Below, piece by piece: positions 45,883 through 55,990 of a stretch of 64,000 nt of DNA. Positions within the stretch are counted from its first letter, which is position 1. Each line of letters begins with the position of its first letter. The notes under the pieces were generated by a model. The model saw only the letters and a program-made list of their open reading frames with translations. It was not told the origin of the DNA and did no database searches. Source of the DNA: Bacteroidota bacterium (GTDB taxonomy: Bacteria; Bacteroidota; Bacteroidia; Bacteroidales; UBA10428). The translations under genes and the position numbers were made by a program. The stretch covers positions 5,284 through 69,283 of the forward strand of contig QKEH01000042.1 in assembly GCA_003252385.1 (NCBI GenBank), given 5' to 3'.

Positions 45883-48504
45883 TTATACCTCAAAACGATA
45901 GGAAATTTTAAAAAGCAGAATGTCAGTGGGATAGGTGTTTTGAAACAAGGCGTTGGTATCATCGATGAAGTCAAAGGGTTGGTGACCGGATGAACCAAAT
46001 CGTTTTTGCGACCACACTAAATAGGCTGTGGAACCGGGTTTAAACTCCCGAAGCACTAAATTTGAATTGAAATCTACGATATGAAAATCGGGGTCGTCGA
46101 AATAGAAGGTGGCCGGTGCGTTTTCGCTGGAACCGATACGATAGGTCTGTTCAGCCTCATAGTAGGTTATCTCCTCCGGTAGGAAGGGAGTATACCGACG
46201 CTCAAAATCGCGGGAGCCGGGAAGGTTTACCAGTTTAAATTTCTGATATCTTCCAGCCGACAGAAAAGGCATGCCATACAATTCGATGGTGAAATCGGGG
46301 GTGATGTTGTAACTGGCTCGCAATACCAGCGAGGCGGTTTTTTGTGCCATTTCCCCGACAAGATAGTGGTTGTTGGTCAGGGTATCGGGAAGTGGTATTC
46401 GTTGTGCCGGATTCTGGGTGGTTCCGAATTGCGGTGTTAAAGTGAACCGAAAGGCCGGATTCATCTGATAGCGAAACTCCACACCTTCCGTTTGACTGGA
46501 GAAGCTATGGCTCTGTCGTTGAAACGTATGGCTCCAAAGGGTGATTTTGATCTTCTTTCGATCATCGGTTGAAAGATGTGAGTATAAATTCCAGGAGGGA
46601 TTCTCGGTCAATTTCGGACCTCCGCGGAGCATCTCGGTGGACAGGGCGTAGCCTTCGCGCGTAAAACCTAATCCGGCGGTGAGGTAGTTGATAAAGGTGA
46701 CCTGGCTTCCCACATTACCCCCGTAGTAACGGGGTTCGCCTGCAAATGTAGTACTGTACCACTGGCTGGCTTCCACAAAGTATTTCCGGAAAATTCCGGT
46801 GGGCTGAAATTCACTGTATTTGATCCAGGCCACCTGCTGGATTTCATCGTTACAAAATAGATAACCGGCATCATTGAGGTTCAAGCCCGGCGACCGCCAG
46901 GTTACCCAGAAAGTATATTGCCAGTGCCCGTTGCCCTCGCGTCCCATTTGAATGCTGCCCCCATGCCCAAAAAGCCGGGTTCGGCTGGAGTCGACCTCGA
47001 AATGAGGCGCATCGGGTCGTTGAAAATAATGAGGCGCCGAGGTTTGTGTGCCTAGCAGGGCTTCCGGGGAGGCTTTTATCAGGCTGAAGGCCGTGTTGAA
47101 ATTCAGATAATAGGTTCGGTTTTTCCAGCGATGGGTAAAGTCGATCCCTCCGGTATAGGCCTCGCGATGCATGCTGGCTGCCATATAGCTTTCGTCGAGT
47201 TTCCGGTTCGTTGCGGTAAATAGTGCGCCCAGCTGGGTCTGTGAACTATTCAGGTCTTTTTCAACCCGCGATACTACATAATTGGTTAATGGTTCGGTGG
47301 TTACCTCCCGTCTGTCACCTTCTCTGTCAATCAGGGCGTATTCTCTCTGTGTTACACTCTCCAGAAAACCCAACGACCAGCCTTTCGGGGTTCGGCCGGT
47401 AAGTTTAGCAGCCCCCAGAATACTGGTGGTTCCCGGAGCTTTACTGTATTCATTATCGGAGAGGGTGGGTGCATACCCCGGTGCACGGCCAATACGCCGC
47501 GTATAGAAGAGGTTATCGAAGGAAAGAGGTCCGCCACCTTCCAGAAGTCTGAAACTTAAAATATCCTTGCCTTCCACAAAGAAAGGTCTTTTTTCAGAGT
47601 ACAGTGTTTCGAAGCTGCTTAGATTCACCTCAGAGGGGTCGGCTTCCACCTGTCCGAAATCGGGGTTAACGGTAAGGTCAACGGTAAGGTTGTTTGTAAG
47701 GCCAAATTTTCCATCGATGCCCGCATTCTTCAGGTAATCGGTACCCGGAGCAAAAGGGTTGGCAGCATCGCGCTGGTAGTTTTTAATGCCACCGGCCACA
47801 TAGGGTGTAAGCTCTCGTTGTTTTCTGGGTTGAATACCGCTTATGCCGTGAAGTTCGCCCATAAAATTGACATAACCTGCAGCATCGGGGGAAATGAATT
47901 GCCATACCGAAGTTTCGGAGTTACGGCTTAGCACGCGTTGGATTTCGAGTCCCCAAACCAGGTCTTCCTTTGGGGTAAAACGCAATTGTGAGAATGGAAT
48001 TCGGGCTTCAACGGTCCAACCCAATGCATCAATTTGAGTTTTTACATCCCATACTGGATCCCAGCTTGCATCCCACTCGTTTGAATTGGTAATAGATTCA
48101 TCAACTTTAACACCGGCGGCAGTGACTCCGAAAGAAAACCCGGAACGCAAATTGTGGTAGCTGTCGAAAACTATCTTTACCAGGTCGCCATCCTGACCAT
48201 CGCGGCGCGACATACGGCGAACAATGCTGTCTGGGGCAGAGTCGAAGCAGCGTATAGCAATGTAAAGGTAGTTGTTGTTGTATACTATGCTGAATTGTGT
48301 TTGTTGAGTAGCCGGCTGGCCGGTTTGGGGCTGACGCTGTACAAAATCAGTTGCCCATGCGCCTTTATTCCAAATTAGATCGTTCAACGAACCATCAATA
48401 ACAGGCTCGTCCATCTTAATGTGTCCGGTGTAGTAAGTATTTTTTGTGGCACCTGCCGAAAGTGCACTTAGCAGAAAGATGAAAACAAAGAAAGTTCTGT
48501 ACAT
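45883..48504 (-). CDS. CBM9-like / DUF5916-family secreted protein (N-terminal carbohydrate-binding-like domain plus a large beta-rich domain)
   Basis: Signal peptide. IDGSLNDLIWNKGAWATDFVQRQP...YLYIAIRCFD...RRDGQDGDLVKIVFDSYH is the pattern typical of this family. The C-terminal residue is aromatic-adjacent (YRFEV). Confidence 0.6.
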   Translation of the reverse strand: MYRTFFVFIFLLSALSAGATKNTYYTGHIKMDEPVIDGSLNDLIWNKGAWATDFVQRQPQTGQPATQQTQFSIVYNNNYLYIAIRCFDSAPDSIVRRMSRRDGQDGDLVKIVFDSYHNLRSGFSFGVTAAGVKVDESITNSNEWDASWDPVWDVKTQIDALGWTVEARIPFSQLRFTPKEDLVWGLEIQRVLSRNSETSVWQFISPDAAGYVNFMGELHGISGIQPRKQRELTPYVAGGIKNYQRDAANPFAPGTDYLKNAGIDGKFGLTNNLTVDLTVNPDFGQVEADPSEVNLSSFETLYSEKRPFFVEGKDILSFRLLEGGGPLSFDNLFYTRRIGRAPGYAPTLSDNEYSKAPGTTSILGAAKLTGRTPKGWSLGFLESVTQREYALIDREGDRREVTTEPLTNYVVSRVEKDLNSSQTQLGALFTATNRKLDESYMAASMHREAYTGGIDFTHRWKNRTYYLNFNTAFSLIKASPEALLGTQTSAPHYFQRPDAPHFEVDSSRTRLFGHGGSIQMGREGNGHWQYTFWVTWRSPGLNLNDAGYLFCNDEIQQVAWIKYSEFQPTGIFRKYFVEASQWYSTTFAGEPRYYGGNVGSQVTFINYLTAGLGFTREGYALSTEMLRGGPKLTENPSWNLYSHLSTDDRKKIKITLWSHTFQRQSHSFSSQTEGVEFRYQMNPAFRFTLTPQFGTTQNPAQRIPLPDTLTNNHYLVGEMAQKTASLVLRASYNITPDFTIELYGMPFLSAGRYQKFKLVNLPGSRDFERRYTPFLPEEITYYEAEQTYRIGSSENAPATFYFDDPDFHIVDFNSNLVLREFKPGSTAYLVWSQKRFGSSGHQPFDFIDDTNALFQNTYPTDILLFKISYRFEV

Positions 48505-48612
48505 ACCATAGCTACATTTCTAGGCCAAGATACGCCATTGTACCAGCTATACCCTATGGAAGTCGATCAAAATCACCACTCAGGTGGCAAAGTTCAGTTT
48601 GTATATAGAAAT

Positions 48613-48641
48613 AGCTCAACATGCCAGTTGAATGTTGAGCT
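48613..48641 (-). terminator. Hairpin, candidate terminator downstream of the DUF1987 gene
   Basis: agctcaacat (48613-48622) pairs with atgttgagct (48632-48641), a perfect 10-bp stem with a 9-nt loop. Only a weak T tract follows on the minus strand. Confidence 0.4.
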
Positions 48642-48769
48642 GGTGTTGATATCCTCTGATTGGATAGTGTGTGTTCCGGGAGTATTCTATAGTAGAAAAC
48701 ACGATATTGTACGATCAATGCTCACAGCGCAATGTGCCGTGCATATTAATGTTTTGGGATATGGAGAAA

Positions 48770-49141
48770 TTAGGCCTCGGCGTATTCGTTATAAACAAAA
48801 ACGGTACGGGTCAAGGCATCCTCATAGAGTTGAGCAATTTCCAAACTGTCGTCATCCCCTTCTTCGAAGAACCAGTTTACCTGAATGCTTTGAACTGCAG
48901 GATTGTTTTCAATGGATTCCAACAACTCCAGAATTCGTTTCGTGGAAGATGAATTGATGTAGTCCAGATTGATATCGAAAGTTATCGATGGAGCGTGCAT
49001 GGCTGATACAAATTCAATGAGCGGATCGTACAATGCACGTACCTTCTTGGGGAAGGAACGGCCCTGCATAATCAGGTGTCCGCAGGTGTCGAAATGGATG
49101 TAAGGTGTGTTGGAAGTTTCTTCACGGGTAATATTTTCCAT
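48770..49141 (-). CDS. DUF1987 (SiaC-like) protein
   Basis: 123 aa. TPYIHFDTCGHLIMQGRSFPKKVRALYDPLIEFV...INLDYINSSSTKRILELL...VNWFFEEGDDD matches the DUF1987 pattern. Confidence 0.7.
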   Translation of the reverse strand: MENITREETSNTPYIHFDTCGHLIMQGRSFPKKVRALYDPLIEFVSAMHAPSITFDINLDYINSSSTKRILELLESIENNPAVQSIQVNWFFEEGDDDSLEIAQLYEDALTRTVFVYNEYAEA

Positions 49142-49438
49142 TGTGCATAGCTTTAGGTTGTAGTTGGATTACGCCTAAAAGGTTTGTAAGTTGTTTCCAC
49201 TTGATGAGTGCGCGCATTTACCTGATGGTTATCCCGGAATTTAGGATAAAGCATAAGAGTTCGCTTATCAGCTACTGTTCCGGTGTGGTATGTAAAGATC
49301 TTTTTTACTTGTTGTTTCGTGAGGTAAGAAGCAGGCAGGGCTGGGGAGTAAAAAGGGTGTTTCATTGTTCCTGACGATACCGGGTGCCAGGGCAAAGTGA
49401 AATTTCACACAGAAAGGTGTATATTCATGGTCATTCCG

Positions 49439-49446
49439 TACATTTG
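49439..49446 (+). promoter_or_regulatory. Bacteroidota -7 promoter box upstream of rsmA
   Basis: tacatttg lies 18 nt upstream of ATG 49464. Confidence 0.4.
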
Positions 49447-49463
49447 CGGCAAAATTGGGCATT

Positions 49464-50237
49464 ATGCAACGCGTTGGAGCAAAAAAAGGACTGGGTCAGC
49501 ACTTTCTTACCGATAAAAATATTGCGCGGAAAATTGTGGACAGTATGCTCTCGCAACCGTTTGCCTCGCTGGTGGAAATAGGGCCAGGTACGGGAGTGCT
49601 TACTCAATACATTCTGCAAGCGGAACCGGAGGAGTTCATTGCTGTGGATCTGGATAAAGAATCGATTGATTACCTGACGGTTCATTTCCCGGAGCATGCC
49701 AACCAGTTTGTATTTGCCGATTTTTTAAAATACCCGTTGGAGCAACATGGTGCCCCTATGGCGTTGGTTGGGAATTTGCCCTACTATATATCCAGTCAGA
49801 TTTTATTTAAAGCCTTGGATCATCGCAACCGTGTGAGCAGTATGGTGTTTATGATTCAAAAAGAGGTGGCAGAACGCATTGCGGCTCCTCCGGGCAATAA
49901 AACGTATGGTATTTTAAGTGTTCTGTTGCAAGCCTATTATAACATTGAATACCTGTTTACGGTACACGAAAATTGTTTTGCCCCTCCACCAAAAGTGAAG
50001 TCGGCCGTTATCCGGCTTACCCGCAATCAACGAATGGAGCTGGGATGTTCCCATGAGGCGTTTCACAAGGTGGTAAAGGCCAGCTTTAACCAGCGCCGGA
50101 AAACGATACGTAACTCCCTAAAAAACATTTTTATAAATTTACCTATCGAAAGTGAGTTGCTAACCCTGCGTCCGGAACAACTTTCGGTCGATCAGTTTGC
50201 TGAGCTTACCCATCTGATTGAGAAGTTGAACCCGTAA
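49464..50237 (+). CDS. rsmA: 16S rRNA (adenine1518-N6/adenine1519-N6)-dimethyltransferase
   Basis: KKGLGQHFL, SAM motif VEIGPGTGVLT and GNLPYYISS. ATG 49464 is preferred over TTG 49455. Confidence 0.92.
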   Translation: MQRVGAKKGLGQHFLTDKNIARKIVDSMLSQPFASLVEIGPGTGVLTQYILQAEPEEFIAVDLDKESIDYLTVHFPEHANQFVFADFLKYPLEQHGAPMALVGNLPYYISSQILFKALDHRNRVSSMVFMIQKEVAERIAAPPGNKTYGILSVLLQAYYNIEYLFTVHENCFAPPPKVKSAVIRLTRNQRMELGCSHEAFHKVVKASFNQRRKTIRNSLKNIFINLPIESELLTLRPEQLSVDQFAELTHLIEKLNP

Positions 50238-50249
50238 AAAGAAAATCTC

Positions 50250-51620
50250 ATGCCAGTACAATTTGAACTAACCCGGGAGTTTATTGATACGCTAAAAGAT
50301 GCGGTAAGGAATACGGATGAAGTTGCGGTATTCAATCAGATCAGGGATCTTCACCCGGCCGATATTGCGGAATTGTATGGGGGGTTGTCCATTGACGAAG
50401 CCAAATTTATTTATTTGCTGCTCGACAGCGAAATGGCGGGCGATGTGCTCACCGAAATGGAGGACGACGATCGGGATGAATTTTTATCGGCCCTATCCGG
50501 TGAGGTCATTGCCAAACAGTTTATTGACAAGATGGACTCGGACGATGCGGCCGACGTCATCGGTGATCTGCCTAAGGATAAGAAAGCGGATGTTCTTCAG
50601 CATATCGAGGACATGGAGCAGGCGGGCGAAATTGTTGACCTGCTGGGCTACGATGAAGATTCGGCCGGGGGGCTTATGGCCAAAGAGCTCATTAAGGTTA
50701 ATGAAAACTGGGATGTGGAAACCTGTACCCGCGAAATCCGCAAGCAGGCTTCAGAAGTCGATGAGGTATACTATGTGTATGTGATCGATGATAACGGAGT
50801 GCTCAAAGGTACGGTATCGTTGAAGCGTATCATGTTGGCTCGGTCCAATGCCAAAATCAAAAACCTGTCCCAGCCCGACGTAATTTCCATCAACACTGAC
50901 GCCCACTCGAAAGACGTAGCCAATATCATGGAGAAATACGATATTGTGGCTCTTCCCGTTGTGGATGCCATAGGGCGGCTTGTTGGACGGATCACCATCG
51001 ACGATGTGGTAGACGTTATTAAGGAGGAAGCCGAACGCGACTATCAGATGATTGCCGGTATTTCGGAAGATGTGGAGCCATCCGACAATGTATTTGTGCT
51101 GACCCGGGCGCGCATCCCCTGGTTGGTAATTGGAATGTTGGGAGGGATCACCGGAGCGAACATTATAGGTTTGTTTGTAACCGATATAAAGTCGGATCCG
51201 AGGATAGCGCTTTTCCTGCCTCTTATTGCGGCCATGGGCGGGAATGTTGGTGTGCAGTCATCGTCCATAGTGGTGCAGGGTTTGGCCAGCAAATCGCTCG
51301 ATCTCGATTCTACCTGGAAAAAGCTGGGTAAAGAACTTACCATTGGAATGTTCATTGGGCTGGCCTTTGCCTGTCTGATTTTATCGTACAGCTATTTCCT
51401 GAGCAGTAACAGCCTGCCGCTTACCATTACGGTGAGTCTGGCTCTGTTTATTGTAATTCTGTTCGCCTCGGTTTTCGGAACCTTTATACCCATCATTCTC
51501 AATCGCTTAAAAATTGACCCTGCTTTAGCAACAGGACCTTTTATTACTACTACCAACGATATTCTGGGTATGCTGATTTATCTGGGCATCGGGCGGATAA
51601 TGTATGGTTTATTTGCATAA
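50250..51620 (+). CDS. mgtE: Magnesium transporter MgtE
   Basis: N domain, tandem CBS domains and a C-terminal 5-TM domain with PLIAAMGGNVGVQSSS and TTTNDILG. Confidence 0.93.
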   Translation: MPVQFELTREFIDTLKDAVRNTDEVAVFNQIRDLHPADIAELYGGLSIDEAKFIYLLLDSEMAGDVLTEMEDDDRDEFLSALSGEVIAKQFIDKMDSDDAADVIGDLPKDKKADVLQHIEDMEQAGEIVDLLGYDEDSAGGLMAKELIKVNENWDVETCTREIRKQASEVDEVYYVYVIDDNGVLKGTVSLKRIMLARSNAKIKNLSQPDVISINTDAHSKDVANIMEKYDIVALPVVDAIGRLVGRITIDDVVDVIKEEAERDYQMIAGISEDVEPSDNVFVLTRARIPWLVIGMLGGITGANIIGLFVTDIKSDPRIALFLPLIAAMGGNVGVQSSSIVVQGLASKSLDLDSTWKKLGKELTIGMFIGLAFACLILSYSYFLSSNSLPLTITVSLALFIVILFASVFGTFIPIILNRLKIDPALATGPFITTTNDILGMLIYLGIGRIMYGLFA

Positions 51621-51759
51621 GCGATAAGGAGCATGTGGCGATGAAGTTTTTAACGATTGGGCTAAGATTTTAACAATTGACATCCTGTAAAAAAAAGCCA
51701 TACCAAAAGTTAATACCTTCGTGAACTTTTTAGAAATCAATACAACAAATACTAGATAA

Positions 51760-53283
51760 ATGAGCAATACGAAGAAAATTAAAACAGCCCTGGTGTCGGT
51801 CTATCATAAGGATCGAATGGATGAAATCTGTAACAAACTGCATCAGCAGGGGGTACAGATTATTTCAACCGGTGGGACCAAGTCCTTCATTGAAGAACTG
51901 GACGTGCCGGTAACCGCTGTTGAAGAACTTACTTCCTACCCGTCCATATTGGGTGGCCGGGTAAAAACATTGCACCCCAAAATATTTGGTGGAATACTTG
52001 GTCGTCGCGACGAGGCATTGGATTTGGAGCAAATGACCCAATACTCCATTCCCGAAATTGATTTGGTTGTGGTAGACCTATATCCGTTTGAAGAAACGGT
52101 GGCTTCGGGAGCATCGGAACAAGATATTATTGAGAAAATTGATATTGGAGGCATATCGCTGATACGTGCGGCTGCCAAGAATTTTAAAGATGTGGTGATT
52201 ATTGCTTCCCAGGCACAGTATGCCGACTTGTTGGGAATTTTGGAAAAAGGGGGCGAAACCACCCTCGAAGAACGGAAGGAACTGGCGATGAAAGCATTTT
52301 CGGTTTCGTCGCATTACGATACGGCCATATTTACCCATTTTGCTTCTGCCAGCGATTACAAGGAGTTTAAGCAAAGTGTGGCACCGGCCAAGGTGCTCCG
52401 CTATGGCGAAAACCCGCACCAACAGGGGGTTTTCTATGGTAATTTTGATGCGCTTTTTGAACAATTGCATGGTAAAGAAATATCGTACAATAACCTGTTG
52501 GATATTGAGGCGGCGGTTTACCTGATTGATGAGTTTGCAGATACCACCTTTGCCATACTGAAACATAACAACGCCTGTGGCCTGGCTTCGCGCGAGAAAC
52601 TGGCAGATGCCTATAAAGATGCTTTGGCTGCAGATCCGGTATCGGCCTATGGCGGTATTCTGATTACCAACCGAACCATTGATACGGAAACTGCCAATGA
52701 GATTAACGAGCTGTTCTGTGAAGTGGTGATTGCTCCTGGGTTTGCTGCCGAGGCTCTGGATGTTTTAAAATCGAAGAAGAACCGTATCATTTTGGTGCGC
52801 AAAGAATGTGCCCTTCCGGTAAAACAATTCAGAACCCTTTTGAACGGGGTGCTGGAACAGGACAGGGATTTGTCCATGGAAGCTAAGGCAGATATGAAGG
52901 CAGTAACCCGTAAAACTCCATCGGAAAGGGAATATGCCGATCTGGAATTTGCTAATAAGCTGGTTAAACATACCAAATCGAACACCATAATTCTGGCAAA
53001 AAACAAACAACTGCTGGCCAGCGGCGTAGGTCAAACCTCGCGGGTAGATGCCTTACGCCAGGCCATTGAAAAAGCCGGCAGCTTTGGTTTCGACCTTAAA
53101 GGAGCAGTTATGGCATCGGATGCTTTCTTTCCCTTCCCCGACTGTGTGGAAATAGCCTGTCAGGCAGGTGTTGGATCGGTGGTGCAGCCGGGAGGTTCCA
53201 TTCGCGATAAGGATTCGGTTGATTATTGCAATGCCCACGATATGGCTATGGTTACAACCGGTGTTCGCCATTTCAAGCATTAA
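51760..53283 (+). CDS. purH: Bifunctional AICAR transformylase / IMP cyclohydrolase
   Basis: ALVSVYHKD, STGGT, GGRVKTLHPKIFGGIL, HNNACG and VVQPGGSIRD. Confidence 0.95.
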   Translation: MSNTKKIKTALVSVYHKDRMDEICNKLHQQGVQIISTGGTKSFIEELDVPVTAVEELTSYPSILGGRVKTLHPKIFGGILGRRDEALDLEQMTQYSIPEIDLVVVDLYPFEETVASGASEQDIIEKIDIGGISLIRAAAKNFKDVVIIASQAQYADLLGILEKGGETTLEERKELAMKAFSVSSHYDTAIFTHFASASDYKEFKQSVAPAKVLRYGENPHQQGVFYGNFDALFEQLHGKEISYNNLLDIEAAVYLIDEFADTTFAILKHNNACGLASREKLADAYKDALAADPVSAYGGILITNRTIDTETANEINELFCEVVIAPGFAAEALDVLKSKKNRIILVRKECALPVKQFRTLLNGVLEQDRDLSMEAKADMKAVTRKTPSEREYADLEFANKLVKHTKSNTIILAKNKQLLASGVGQTSRVDALRQAIEKAGSFGFDLKGAVMASDAFFPFPDCVEIACQAGVGSVVQPGGSIRDKDSVDYCNAHDMAMVTTGVRHFKH

Positions 53284-53305
53284 AATTCAAGGGAAATAAC
53301 CCATG

Positions 53306-53343
53306 AAAGCCGATAAGGATTTTCCTTTTCGGCTTTTCTTTTG
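53306..53343 (+). terminator. Rho-independent terminator after purH
   Basis: aaagccga (53306-53313) pairs with tcggcttt (53329-53336), with an inner aagg/cctt pairing and a T-rich tail. Confidence 0.6.
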
Positions 53344-53625
53344 CAACCGGATGGCGGCATGCCCGGATATGAGTTTGAAGATAAGGGCTGCTATTCCTGT
53401 TGCATTCGGCTGGCATCTTGTTGTAACTTATTGGAAGATAGCCGGGTGAACAAGTTGCTTGCCGGAATCGGAAATGCGTGTGCAACAACTAGATGTACAG
53501 GCTGAAAGAGGAAAAGAATAGGGGTTGTTAAATTGTTGATTTCTTGTAGTATTCAAATTCAATAGTGTTGTTTTTCTTAGTAGCTTTATACGCCAAAGTA
53601 ATAACCTTCAAACTGACAGGACTAA

Positions 53626-54648
53626 ATGGGATTGTTTTCGTTTTTAACACAAGAGATTGCTATTGACCTGGGAACAGCCAATACAATCATTATTCATAAC
53701 GATAAAGTGGTAGTGGATGAGCCTTCGATAGTGGCGATAGATCAGACCACCGGGAAACTGGTGGCTATTGGAGGACAGGCGCGACAGATGCATGGTAAAA
53801 CGCATGAAAACCTGAAAACGGTTCGTCCGTTACGGGATGGGGTAATTGCCGACTTTAATGCCGCCGAGATGATGATACGGGGGATGATAAAGATGATTAA
53901 CCCGCGTCAGAAGTTTTTTACCCCCACCCTGCGAATGGTGGTATGCATTCCCTCAGGAAGTACCGAGGTGGAGATCCGTGCCGTACGCGACTCGTCGGAA
54001 CATGCCGGGGGACGTGATGTGTACATGATATACGAACCCATGGCTGCCGCCATAGGTATTGGTATCGATGTAGAAGCCCCCGAAGGAAGCATGGTGGTAG
54101 ATATTGGAGGCGGTACTACCGAGATTGCCGTAATTGCCCTGGGAGGCATTGTGTGCAACCAGTCTATTCGTATTGCCGGCGATGGTTTCACCGCCGACAT
54201 ACAAGCTTACATGCGCCATCAGCACAATATTAAAATTGGTGAGCGTACCGCCGAAGAAATTAAAATACAAGTTGGATCGGCTCTGCCCGATTTGGATGTG
54301 CCACCCCCCGATTACAACGTGCGGGGTCCCAACCTGATGACTGCCATGCCCATTGACATTCCTATTTCCTACCAGGAAATTTCGCACTGTCTGGATAAAT
54401 CGCTTTCGAAAATTGAATCGGCCATCATTTCGGTGTTGGAACAAACCCCGCCCGAGCTATATGCGGATATTGTAAACCGGGGTATTTACCTGGCCGGAGG
54501 TGGTGCACTGCTGCGTGGTTTGGACAAACGCTTAACCGATAAAATAAACATACCTTTTCATATCGCCGAAGATCCGCTACACGCGGTGGCTCGTGGAACC
54601 GGTATTGCATTAAAGAATGTGGAGAATTTCTCTTTCTTATTACGCTAG
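53626..54648 (+). CDS. mreB: Rod shape-determining protein MreB
   Basis: Actin-fold motifs IAIDLGTANT, PLRDGVIADF and DIGGGTTEIAVI. Confidence 0.95.
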   Translation: MGLFSFLTQEIAIDLGTANTIIIHNDKVVVDEPSIVAIDQTTGKLVAIGGQARQMHGKTHENLKTVRPLRDGVIADFNAAEMMIRGMIKMINPRQKFFTPTLRMVVCIPSGSTEVEIRAVRDSSEHAGGRDVYMIYEPMAAAIGIGIDVEAPEGSMVVDIGGGTTEIAVIALGGIVCNQSIRIAGDGFTADIQAYMRHQHNIKIGERTAEEIKIQVGSALPDLDVPPPDYNVRGPNLMTAMPIDIPISYQEISHCLDKSLSKIESAIISVLEQTPPELYADIVNRGIYLAGGGALLRGLDKRLTDKINIPFHIAEDPLHAVARGTGIALKNVENFSFLLR

Positions 54649-54663
54649 AAATACCTGTAGTTT

Positions 54664-55485
54664 ATGAGGAGCCTGTTACGTTTTTTAGTCAGGTACCATC
54701 AGTTTATTCTTTTTCTGATTCTTGAGATTTTTGCCCTGATACTGGTTGGCCAGTTTAATAGCTTTCAGCGAGCAAAAATTTTTAAAATGAAGCATCGAAT
54801 ACAGGGCGGTTTGGAACAGCGTTTCGAAAAGTTTACCCAATACTTTCATTTGGAACAAGAGAATGAAGATTTGGTGCACGAGAACGTCCGGCTTTATAAT
54901 CTTCTGCCTTCGAGCTATTACAATCCGTTGGCAAAGGATCTGATCGATTCATCGTTGGTCCAGAAATATGTGTACGTGGAAGCATCAGTGATTTCGAATT
55001 CCACCAATAAGCAGTTTAATTTTCTGATTATCGACAAAGGGAGTAAACAGGGTGTGGCACCCGAAATGGCAGTAGTGTGCAGCCGAGGTATTGTAGGCGT
55101 GGTGAAAGAGTGCAGCGATAACTATTCTTCGGTAGTATCAGTATTGAATAAGGAATTTTTTCCCAATGCCATGATCCAGCGAAATGGTTATTTTGGCAGT
55201 ATGGCATGGGGAGGGTTGAACTACCGCAAATCCGTACTGAAGGAAATCCCTTTGCACGTTAATGTACAAGAGGGGGATACCATTATAACCAGTGGGCATT
55301 CCACGGTATTTCCCAAAGGAATACTCATTGGAACCGTTGCCAGCTACGAAAATTACGATGGAAACTATTATCGCATCGAAGTGGATTTGTCGACCGATTT
55401 TAAGAACCTTTCCCATGTAATGGTGATTAAGAACCTGATGCGTGAAGAGCAAATAAAGTTACAGGAGGGATTGCAAGATGATTGA
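54664..55485 (+). CDS. mreC: Rod shape-determining protein MreC
   Basis: N-terminal TM, coiled-coil (ENEDLVHENVRLYN) and a beta-barrel domain (GDTIITSGHSTVFPKGILIG). Position after mreB. Confidence 0.85.
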   Translation: MRSLLRFLVRYHQFILFLILEIFALILVGQFNSFQRAKIFKMKHRIQGGLEQRFEKFTQYFHLEQENEDLVHENVRLYNLLPSSYYNPLAKDLIDSSLVQKYVYVEASVISNSTNKQFNFLIIDKGSKQGVAPEMAVVCSRGIVGVVKECSDNYSSVVSVLNKEFFPNAMIQRNGYFGSMAWGGLNYRKSVLKEIPLHVNVQEGDTIITSGHSTVFPKGILIGTVASYENYDGNYYRIEVDLSTDFKNLSHVMVIKNLMREEQIKLQEGLQDD

Positions 55486-55987
55486 AATACTACCCCGTAA
55501 TAGTATACGCCTGTTGGTACTGTTGCTTGCACAGATTCTGGTTTTCAATAATATTGAAATAGGGGGTGGGTACATGATTCCGTATGTATATATCCTGTTT
55601 GTAATTCTGTTACCCTTTGAAACCCCGGGTTGGATGACCCTTATCTTAGGTGCCTTGCTGGGATTGGCGATGGATGTGTTTACGGAAACCCTCGGTATGC
55701 ACATGGCCGCAACGGTGGTCATGGCCTATATCAGGCCGTATGTACTGGCGAACTTTGCTCCGCGCGACGGCTACGAGTCGGGTTCATTTCCGCGGGTACA
55801 TTACTATGGTTTGCCCTGGTTTGTTAAATATGCGCTGATCTTGATACTGGTCCACCACCTGGTGTTCTTTTATCTCGAAATATTCCGGATACAAGAGTTT
55901 TTTACCACCTTGTTGCGAGTGGTTCTGAGTACGCTTTTTTCGGGGGTGCTCATTGTGGGGAGTCAGTTTTTTGTGTTCAGAAAATAG
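55478..55987 (+). CDS. mreD: Rod shape-determining protein MreD
   Basis: 169 aa with about 5 TM segments. Overlaps mreC by 8 nt, between mreC and mrdA. Confidence 0.75.
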   Translation: MIEILPRNSIRLLVLLLAQILVFNNIEIGGGYMIPYVYILFVILLPFETPGWMTLILGALLGLAMDVFTETLGMHMAATVVMAYIRPYVLANFAPRDGYESGSFPRVHYYGLPWFVKYALILILVHHLVFFYLEIFRIQEFFTTLLRVVLSTLFSGVLIVGSQFFVFRK

Positions 55988-55990
55988 CCC

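Noticed and set aside
51621-51759. Possible ZTP (pfl) riboswitch upstream of purH, and a possible Mg (M-box) riboswitch upstream of mgtE (50238-50249).
   Set aside because: The purH leader is only ~140 nt and AT-rich, and I could not find the conserved GGGUCGUGAC...CCGGGC / CCGCCUGGGCA-type elements. The mgtE gap is only 12 nt.
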